Under the pieces are notes generated by a model, which was not told the DNA's origin, did no database searches, and saw only the letters and a program-made list of their open reading frames with translations. From Macrostomum lignano (lineage: Eukaryota): 64,000 bases of DNA. The translations under genes were made by a program, and so were the position numbers. This document shows, piece by piece, positions 27,116 through 37,314 of this stretch. The stretch lies in NCBI GenBank assembly GCA_002269645.1, contig NIVC01001754.1, positions 54,081-118,080 of the forward strand, written 5' to 3'. Numbering within the stretch: the first letter of the stretch is position 1; every line of letters begins with the position of its first letter.

Positions 27116-27414
27116 GTGAGTTTATTGAGCATTGTAGAAGTTGCAATTAGCGCAATGCCCATTTCATTTTATCAAAACCTGAGGAAGCACACGGGTACTC
27201 ACTCACTCACTCACACAGTTTGTAACAGCGAGCATGACTTTCCAACTCGATGTTGCACGAAAAACTTCAGTTTAATCTGTCCGTACACGAATAGAAAGTT
27301 AATATAGAGTTAAAAATAATTGTAAAGCAGTGGTGTAATTTTGTACGTAGGAATTTTAATTAAAGGGGCTGCAACCCTAAGGGGCGCCATTATTTGCTGT
27401 CTTGTCTCGGCGGT

Positions 27415-29403
27415 CCTGTCTCTTGGTAGACTTCCTGTCTCTTGGTTAGACCCCCTGTCTCTTTGTTAGACCCCCTGTCTCTTTGTTAGACCCCCTGTCT
27501 CTTTGTTAGACCCCCTGTCTCTTTGTTAGACCCCCTGTCTCTTTGTTAGACCCCCTGTCTCTTGGTTAGACCCCCTGTCTCTTGGTTAGATCCCCTGTCT
27601 CTTTGTTAGACCCCCTGTCTCTTGGTTAGACCCCCTGTCTCTTGGTTAGACCCCCTGTCTCTTTGTTAGACCCCCTGTCTCTTTGTTAGACCCCCTGTCT
27701 CTTGGTTAGACCCCCTGTCTCTTGGTTAGACCCCCTGTCTCTTGGTTAGACCCCCTGTCTCTTTGTTAGACCCCCTGTCTCTTGGTTAGACCCCCTGTCT
27801 CTTTGTTAGACCCCCTGTCTCTTTGTTAGACCCCCTGTCTCTTGGTTAGATCCCCTGTCTCTTTGTTAGACCCCCTGTCTCTTGGTTAGACCCCCTGTCT
27901 CTTGGTTAGATCCCCTGTCTCTTTGTTAGACCCCCTGTCTCTTGGTTAGACCCCCTGTCTCTTGGTTAGACCCCCTGTCTCTTTGTTAGACCCCCTGTCT
28001 CTTTGTTAGACCCCCTGTCTCTTGGTTAGACCCCCTGTCTCTTGGTTAGACCCCCTGTCTCTTTGTTAGACCCCCTGTCTCTTGGTTAGCCCCCTGTCTC
28101 TTGGTTAGCCCCCCTGTCTCTTTGTTAGACCCCCTGTCTCTTTGTTAGACCCCCTGTCTCTTTGTTAGACCCCCTGTCTCTTTGTTAGACCCCCTGTCTC
28201 TTTGTTAGACCCCCTGTCTCTTGGTTAGCCCCCTGTCTCTTGGTTAGCCCCCCTGTCTCTTTGTTAGACCCCCTGTCTCTTGTTTAGCCCCCTGTCTCTT
28301 GGTTAGACGCCCCTGTCTCTTGGTTAGACGCCCTGTCTCTTGGTTGGATGCCCCTGTGTCTTGGTTAGCCCCCTGTCTCTTGGTTAGATGCCCCTGTGTC
28401 TTGATTGGCGCCCCTGTCTCTTGGTTAGATGCCCCTGTGTCTTGATTGGCGCCCCTGTCTCTTGGTTAGATGCCCCTGTGTCTTGATTGGCGCCCCTGTC
28501 TCTTGGTTAGATGCCCCTGTGTCTTGATTGGCGCCCCTGTCTCTTAGTAGACGTCCCTGTCTCTTTGTGAGCGCCCGTATGTCTTGGTGGGCGCCCCTGT
28601 CTCTTAGTAGACGTCCCTGTCTCTTTGTGAGCGCCCGTATGTCTTGGTGGGCGCCCCTGTCTCTTAGTAGACGTCCCTGTCTCTTTGTGAGCGCCCGTAT
28701 GTCTTGGTGGGCGCCCCTGTCTCTTAGTAGACGTCCCTGTCTCTTTGTGAGCGCCCGTATGTCTTGGTGGGCGCCCCTGTCTCTTAGTAGACGTCCCTGT
28801 CTCTTTGTGAGCGCCCGTATGTCTTGGTGGGCGCCCCTGTCTCTTAGTAGACGTCCCTGTCTCTTTGTGAGCGCCCGTATGTCTTGGTGGGCGCCCCTGT
28901 CTCTTGGTAGACTTCCCTGTCTCTTTGTGAGCGCCCGTATGTCTTGGTGGGTGCCCCTGTCTCTTAGTAGACGTCCCTGTCTCTTTGTGAGCGCCCGTAT
29001 GTCTTGGTGGGCGCCCCTGTCTCTTGGTAGACGTCCCTGTCTCTTTGTGAGCGCCCGTATGTCTTGGTGGGCGCCCCTGTCTCTTGGTAGACTTCCCTGT
29101 CTCTTTGTGAGCGCCCGTATGTCTTGGTGGGCGCCCCTGTCTCTTAGTAGACGTCCCTGTCTCTTTGTGAGCGCCCGTATGTCTTGGTGGGCGCCCCTGT
29201 CTCTTAGTAGACGTCCCTGTCTCTTTGTGAGCGCCCGTATGTCTTGGTGGGCGCCCCTGTCTCTTAGTAGACGTCCCTGTCTCTTTGTGAGCGCCCGTAT
29301 GTCTTGGTGGGCGCCCCTGTCTCTTGGTAGACTTCCCTGTCTCTTTGTGAGCGCCCGTATGTCTTGGTGGGCGCCCCTGTCTCTTAGTAGACGTCCCTGT
29401 CTC
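27415..29403. repeat. 20-bp satellite (CCCCCTGTCTCTTTGTTAGA) grading into 40-bp and then 60-bp higher-order units
   Basis: Monomer 27440-28330, dimer about 28340-28530, trimer 28530-29400; explains the ORFs at 28425 and 28528. Confidence 0.96.
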
Positions 29404-29769
29404 TTCGTAGGCGGAAGAGTATAGGGGCGGAGGGTATCAGGGGAGTTATATTCGTTTTCTGAATAGCAACGCACTAAACGCACTGTATTTTTTCAGTTTG
29501 AGGTCATCCAACAACGAAGATCAGCAGACAATACGACCCGTGTTTTTGTAGAAATCATAAGCGTTTAGCTTGATTGCAAATCAATGAAGATCTAACATTA
29601 GATTGATTATCTTTTGTAATCTACAAGTTATCGCATTGCTGAAATTGTTTAGCTAAAGAGCGATTGCGAAGTATTTTCGCAGCCTAACGTTAAATAAGAA
29701 TGTGAATAATTTGCAAATTTTTTTCATTGAAACTCATTATCACTTATTATGGTTCGTGATTACATAAGC

Positions 29770-30340
29770 AAATGACTCCATGACCCAATGAATCCATGAC
29801 CCGATGACTCCATGACCCAATGACTCCATGACCCAATGACTCCATGACCCAAAGACTCCATGAGCCAATGACTCCATGAGCCAATGACTCCATGAGCCAA
29901 TGACTCCATGAGCCAATGACTCCATGAGCCAATGACTCCATGAGCCAATGACTCCATGAGCCAATGACTCCATGAGCCAATGACTCCATGAGCCAATGAA
30001 TCCATGACCCAATGACTCCATGACCCAATGACTCCATGACCAATGACTCCATGATTCATTGACTCCATGAGCCAATGACTCCATGAGCCGATGACTCCAT
30101 GACCCAATGACTCAATGACTCCATGACCCAATGACTCCATGACCCAATGACTCCATGACCCAATGACTCAATGACCCAATGACCCAATGACTCCATGAGC
30201 CAATGACTCCATGAGCCAATGACTCCATAAGCCGATGACTCCCGTGACCCAATGACTCAATGACTTCATGACCCAATGACTCCATGAGCCAATGACTCCA
30301 TGAGCCAATGACTCCATGACCCAATGACTCTCTGACCCAA
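29770..30340. repeat. 16-bp CCATGACCCAATGACT satellite
   Basis: Tandem units with GAGCC variants. Confidence 0.95.
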
Positions 30341-30360
30341 TCAACTCCGCGATCCCGCAG

Positions 30361-30574
30361 CGACATCCTGGTTCTCAACCCCTCTGGTCAGCATCAGCGA
30401 GCCGTCTCCAATACCGTGCTGGTGGCGAATGATCAACTGGCCGCTCCGGCCGCTGTAGCCGGCGCCAGCGACGCGGATTCGATCCCAGGAGATTCAGCGA
30501 CCGCCAGGGACAATGCCGCGTTTGACGCCTCGTCTGCCGGACCGAAACTGGCCGGCGTGTTCGGCCGAACGTGA
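30361..30574 (+). CDS. CDC50: Probable CDC50 terminal exon 4
   Basis: GC-rich island after CCCGCAG|, open for 71 codons to TGA (DILVLNPSGQHQR...GVFGRT*). Its phase matches the phase-2 donor at 27115. Confidence 0.72.
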
Positions 30575-30664
30575 GCTGAAGCCTTTTTAGCTGACTTTGA
30601 TTGATAGCAATGAGTCCATAATGATCATAAATCTGTCATAAATGTCACAGTGTCACTGCTTGAC

Positions 30665-31400
30665 AACTGACTGTATGACCTCGTGACTGTATGACCTCGT
30701 GACTGTATGACCTCGTGACTGTATGACCTCGTGACTGTATGACCTCGTGACTGTATGACCTCGTGACTGTATGACCTCGTGACTGTATGACCTCGTGACT
30801 GTATGACCTCGTGACTGTATGACCTCGTGACTGTATGACCTCGTGACTGTATGACCTCGTGACTGTATGACCTCGTGACTGTATGACCTCGTGACTGTAT
30901 GACCTCGTGACTGAATGACCTCGTGACTGAATGACCTCGTGACTGTATGACCTCGTGACTGAATGACCTTGTGGCTGTATGACCTCTGGCTGTATGACCT
31001 CGTGGCTGCCTTGGCTCTATGACCTCGTGGCTGCATGACCTATTGGCTCCATGACCTCTTGGCTCCATGACCTCGTGGCTGCATGACCTCGTGGCTGCCT
31101 TGGCTCTATGACCTCGTGGCTGCATGACCTATTGGCTCCATGACCTCTTGGCTCCATGACCTCGTGGCTGCATGACCCCATAGCTGTATGATCTCGTGTG
31201 TGTATGAACTCGTTTGTGTATGAACTCTGGCTGTATGAACTCTGGCTGAATGACCTCGTGACTTTATGACTTCGTGGCTGTATGACCTCGTGTCTGTGTG
31301 ACCTCTTGGCTCCATGACCTCGTGGCTGAATGACCTCGTGTGTGTATGACCTCGTGTGTGTATGACCTCGCGGCTATATGACCTTGTGGCTGCATGACAT
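30665..31400. repeat. 16-bp satellite (TGTATGACCTCGTGAC)n, degenerate at its right end
   Basis: Tandem units read directly. Confidence 0.93.
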
Positions 31401-33130
31401 TGTAGCTGCATGACCTCGCGATTTTAGACCTCTCAACATTATGACCGATTGCCTGAAGTGCCTTACAAATCCATATGATTTCTGTGTAATTTTCTGCTTT
31501 AACTCTTGACTGTGAACATATAATACCCCTTGGCACCTTGAATTTATGGCTAGAATGATCCTTTTGACTCTGATTCCGTAATGACCGGGTGAATAACTTC
31601 CTCATTAACTGAGTGATTACTTGCACAATCATGCATGAGATCACATCTCCAGTGTTTTACTTGCATGGATAATTTGTCCCGTGTTGAATTTCACCTAAGC
31701 AAACTTATCGAACTGTTTAGTTAAAAATGGCGGTATGTAGCTAATGATGACTGTAGTGTTTCATTCCTGAGTAAATGTATTGTCTCAAATAGATTTTTAG
31801 ATGAGAAGAGTTCCACAGCTTCCTCAGTTAAAATCTCTCCCATTTCTATCAACATTTTCAGTCCTGCAACTGGCTACTGACGACAAGTAGTGCGGCCTGT
31901 GCAAGTTCGTTGAATAATATCAACGAGATGAAGCGCCTACATACGAGCTATGCTATGAATAATGTACGATCTTAACGTCAGAATACTAATACTTGTATTG
32001 TGTAGAAATTCTACTTGATTTAAATCTCGATGTGTCGTTAATGTGCTGGCGTGGGGTGTCGAGTGTTGCACAGAAGGGGGTGGGTGAGTGGCAATATTCT
32101 TATCAGTGCGTGCTGGCGTGAGGTGGCTGCTGGGCGGAGTGGGGTGGGTGAGAGGCGAGTTCTTATCAGTGCGTGCTGGGGTGAGGTGGGTGCTGTGAGA
32201 GGATTGAGTGGAAGCTCAAGTGCCTAACACTGGCTGTGTATCATAGCTTCTGTTTTTCTATTTTATTTTTATAGAGATTTAGAACTGGTAACATTTTCTA
32301 TGATATATAAATTATACCATGTTTAATCGATCACTGCCTCTGTTAGTCTCAGCTAATAATTTTAAATTAATAATGTGCAATCAGGTGGCAATAAGACACT
32401 TATTCCTGGCTTTTCTAGATTGTCTTTATTTGGTTCACAATTTTGTTAACTTGAGTTTTTCACAACATCAAAAGATATTTTTCAGCTGTTTTACTTTGAA
32501 GTAGTCAGACCCTAACTTTAATGCGGAAATGAATTTCACAACTTTAATTGAAAATTAAGCAGATCTTTTTAAAATTTCTGCTCTCTACTGTTGAGATGAG
32601 GACGCTTTTTGTTTATTTTAGCTTGCAAGTGTCTAGTCTTGACATTAAGCTGACTCTTGATTCACAGACTATATGTAAACTGATCTGTAACTGAAATAAA
32701 GATAAATACATTCACCTTTCTTTTTGCCTTTAAATTTTTACTTGCCTTTTGTCTTCAACTGTGTAAATTTTGGTTTCAGTAGTTTATTTTGAGTTGCCGT
32801 TCCTTTTACTCGAGTAGCACTGTTAAGAATTTACTTGTTCAGAAAAAGATAGATAATTGTCTTTTAGATCAACCGTTTCTAAGTTTTCAGAGAAATTACA
32901 GCAATTTAGAAGAAACCCTACTGATTTTGGTTGCAAAGTTTTAAGTCTATCAATAATTTTTTTTCTAGTGGAAAATGCAGTAAACGTCTGAGTTGTTTCT
33001 GAGGCAGGTTTCACGACTTTAAAATCTCTTGCAAGAGTAGTAGCCCCAGGGCCCAGTTTTGTGGTTTTGCAAATGATATCGCTATAAGTAGTTTATTTAG
33101 CCAGGAAAATAAATAGTAGTTGTGTTAGAC

Positions 33131-33471
33131 AAGGGGCCGTATGAAGAAAGCCTAGTCCAGACTAGCTAGTCCGGACTTGGGTAGTTCAGTCTATAGTCTA
33201 TGGTCTAGCTAGCCTAGTTCTGCTATAGTAGACTGGTCTAACTTTGTGTTTCTGCATACCAAATCCAAGTCTAGACTAGTTTTTCAAGACCGGACTACCC
33301 TAGACAGAACTCTGTCTAGTGACTAGCTCTGGGCCGTATGCAGAAAGCTCTGTCTAGCTCTGTCTAGAGTAGTCCGGTCTTGAAAAACTAGTCTAGACTT
33401 GGATTTGGTATGCAGAACTACCCAAGTCCGGACTAGCTAGTCTGGACTAGGCTTTCTGCATACGGCCCCTT
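33131..33471. mobile_element. Non-autonomous MITE/fold-back element with 57-bp terminal inverted repeats (PIF/Harbinger-like GGGGCC termini)
   Basis: 33131-33187 is the reverse complement of 33415-33471 (1 mismatch). No coding capacity. TSD not clean. Confidence 0.75.
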
Positions 33472-34258
33472 AAAGAAGTCTCAGACTTGTGTACAACTAA
33501 AAAGTAGTTTGCGTCAATGTCAAGAGTCGAGGTAAGGATGCAATCTATAAATGAGCGAGACTTGGTTCAGAAAGTTCTCTGAGAAACCCCAGAAACTAAA
33601 CTGGCAGCTTAGACCAGGAAGCAGCGACTGCACTTTAGTGGTTGTTTTACTAAACGAATTCTTCCACAACAATTGATCGATGGTGATCGATGTTTTTAGA
33701 TCAAACTAGCAATCAGCGCCCCCCCCGTAAGGGGTATCGCAACAAAGAATGGAATATTTTTTTGAATAAACTAAATGTACCTTCTGAAATCTGCCATGAT
33801 ATCTTAGCAGTCCCCCCCTCGGCCGTAAGCCTTGGCTTTCAAGAAATCCCCCCCCGGGTAAGCCTTGACGTCTCGGTAATTCTACCCAAGAGCCACAGCA
33901 CAGTTTCACGTGACGCTTCTTTTATGTCTGACATGACGCTTCTTTTATGTCTGACATGACGCTTCTTTTATGTCTGACATGATGCTTATTTTATTTTTAG
34001 ATTTTTAGATTTTATTAACAGGTTGAAATGAAATGCAATCAGGTTTGTGTGAGGTTGCAGTTCAATATATTCACCTTGGTCGAGAGTTAAAACTGATACA
34101 GACGAGTCACTTTTGATATGACTCTCGTAAACATCATTGAAACCTCATTCCCAGCTAGCTGGTCTTTTGTTAAATCGGTGCATACTGAGGTCAACTGAAG
34201 GACCTGAGAGGATCGTCAACTAGGAGCGTAGTCTTTTGAGTCAGCTGTTCATGGAAAC

Positions 34259-34683
34259 CTATAGAACCAGCATCTCGACATCCTTCAGCGAGTAATGAAA
34301 TCCATAGTTGAAACTCCAAATGACGCCAATGGCGAAGGGACCTCCGATGGCTTCCGAATAACTCTTGTATGGTCCATTCAGGTGCGATTTGAAGCAGCTC
34401 TTGTACCACCAGGCTCCGATATAAACTATAGCGCAGTTGCTCCCAGCTCTGGCATCGTGATCAGCGTCAAATGTGGTGAACTTTTGGTTGTTGCTGTAGA
34501 CCATGGAGTCGCCAACCCCGTCGCTGGCTGAGAAACCCGACACGGTCAGCCGGTAATTGTCGGACTCCGGACCTACGCTGAAGCTCGAGTACTCAGCCCA
34601 ACCTTCGTTGTCATTCCACAGCCTCATCAGAACCAGCAGCTTCCGTGAACCATTTTTGGTGAGCGCGTGTAGAGCATTCAGAC
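34259..34683 (-). CDS. PAN-like/fibrinogen-domain gene copy 1, exon 3 (FReD C-terminal part)
   Basis: GLNALHALT...EYSSFSVGPESDNYRLTVSGF...FTTFDADHD...NCA...GAWWYKSC...LNG. Acceptor CCCGCAG|GT, phase 1. Confidence 0.93.
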
Positions 34684-34799
34684 CTGCGGGTAGGGGGGGG
34701 GGCCACATACGATAACCCCAACCTGACTCTGACACAGAAATTTCCGAGCTAAAAACGTCATTAAATCGTCTAACACAAATTCAATTTACATGTAGCTCG

Positions 34800-35984
34800 T
34801 ATATAAAAACACCCCCTTGGGCTTCATGCCTGAGAAGACTCTCATCCCACATCTGGATTACATCCGTCGCGATCTTCAACACATCCTTGTGTAGGACTGG
34901 AAACCCCCACTCTCATTTTCAGGAAAGTCTTCAAATGTACCCTTCCGCCACGAGAGAGCCACCCACTGGACGTGGGCATCAACCGGAGAAGCCAGGGTAT
35001 TCACTGCTTCACTGGCGGATCCCTGTGTGACGGTCTCGCAGGCGCGGGCATTGCCATTTTCTACAAGCGCGAAGCGATCTTAGAAGAAGGTCTTCATCTT
35101 GGTGAGAATGTCTTGGTTTTTCAATCCCAAGTTGTAGCCATCAACCAGTGCGCCGAGTATTTTCACAGGGCTGGCATTAGCAGCTGTGACATAAACTTTT
35201 ACTCTGACAGCCAGGCCTTGTCTTCCATCAAGCTCTCAACCAAGTCAGTTTTAGACTGCTCCAAAAGCTTGCAGACCCTGGCGATTCTCAACAGGATCAA
35301 TGTTATCTGGACACCAGGTCATAGCAAAATCCTCGGCAACGAGCTGGTGGATCAACTCGCCAAGCGGGGTAGCATCCCGGGTGGAGCGCAAAGCTAAGTC
35401 AAGTTACCTTCTCCGAAGTCATCAGCCAACTTCAATTCAATTCAAGATTGGATGAACCGCCAGCACCAGGTTCACTGGAATAGCTGCTCCGAATAATGGC
35501 AAACACGAAAGGCTTTGCCTGCCATAAACCGGAAAGTATCCGAATATCTAATCTCCTTAAGGAAAACTGACCTCAGGGAGATGTGCATGGTCATCACAGG
35601 CCATGGGTTTTTCCAGAGACATATTTCACTGCAAAATGGTTGCTCCCCCATCTGCCCATTCTGTGATTTAAGGAGGAAACCTCGGCGCACCACGTCACCT
35701 TCTGCCCTCACTTCAACGACGCGCGGAGACGTCACCTCGGTCACCCGCTAAGGCTTGACGAGCTCACCACTCCGGACCGGATCCGTGACCTGCGCGCATT
35801 CGTTCAGGATTCTGGACGGATGAAGATCTCAAACGCCACTCTTGCGAGCTCTTCCGCTGCTGGCGAGGGTGGGCGCAGCCCCAAGGCAAAAGTTTTTAGC
35901 TTGGGGTTGCGATAGGGGCATCGCGGCCTAATCGCGGCATACTGCCCCCCTCAGTAGTAAGTAAGTACGAGCATACGAGTAAGT
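34800..35984 (+). mobile_element. 5'-truncated, decayed Loa/R1-like LINE (RNase H + CCHC + 3' tail) in intron 2 of copy 1
   Basis: RNase H remnant ([44 protein letters not shown]), then GHGFF...CPFC and an AGTAAGTAAGT tail. Contains stops and frameshifts; left boundary approximate. Confidence 0.85.
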
Positions 35985-36215
35985 ATGTTTAAACAAATTT
36001 CAAGCTCACTAAAGTTCCAACTTTTCAAGATGTTCAATTTTATAGTTTTCGACGATGTAATTGCATTTCAAGTTGCTTAAATAGCCCTTACGTCTTTTGA
36101 ATTTTACAAAGATTTGATTAACAGTAATAACGATTCATTGAGATGTTAATTCTAAACTATTTCGGCCACCATAGCCTGCAATATTAACGAATACAGCACA
36201 TTACAAGCCAATTAC

Positions 36216-36339
36216 CAATCCAGTAGTTGCCATCGGGTCCCTCGCCAAAGCCGGTTTGGTACTGCGACCAGTTGCGGTAGAAATCCACCGAATCCGACAC
36301 CCTGCGCTGAATCGTAGTCCAACAGTCAGTTTTGCTAGT
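36216..36339 (-). CDS. FReD gene copy 1, exon 2
   Basis: [42 protein letters not shown]; CGCAG| acceptor, G|GTAATT donor; 124 nt. Confidence 0.92.
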
Positions 36340-36774
36340 CTGCGTGACGTAGAGCAATCATCATAGATTAATTCTACCCTTTCGTGACTTGAATACGAGA
36401 GCTGCTTCTAACCCTGCTTTAACAGTAGCAAGACTACGTTATTTTTCCCCATGGGGAAAGACCACGGGGTGTACTACAAATACACACGACCCATTTCACG
36501 ATAGCTCGCAAACCGAATTACCGATTATCGTAAAATTCCACCATATGAATCAAAATTTTCCGCCCTTTCCGAAATTTTAGCCCGTGTTCTGCATTTTATT
36601 GGCTATTGCTTGAATATTTTGGCGATCCAGACAAAGAAAAATGTGAGCATTCGAAATGCACCCCCATGGTCTTTCTACTGTTAACTACTGAATGTTTCTA
36701 AGATTTAAAAACAAACAGGCGGACAGGCGGTCAAACAAAAAGGTAGGTACCAACCTAGACACCAACCCAGATAC

Positions 36775-37180
<406 letters not shown>

Positions 37181-37186
37181 GTATCT

Positions 37187-37199
37187 CTCACTCACCCAC
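37187..37199. repeat. Target-site duplication, left copy (CTCACTCACCCAC)
   Basis: Identical 13-mer at 42998-43010; present only once at the homologous site in gene copies 2 and 3. Confidence 0.92.
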
Positions 37200-37314
37200 T
37201 TGACTTACTTGACTTAGCTGCAGGGGGCGTCCGGCGGATGCAGCGAGGAGGCGGAGGAGACCGCCCATTCCGCTAGCCCCTGGCGACCAACGACTTCCGT
37301 TGAAGTGGTGTCGC

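Noticed and set aside
28425-29483. 352-aa and 298-aa repeat ORFs on opposite strands
   Set aside because: Produced by the 60-bp repeat inside CDC50 intron 3; no unique coding context
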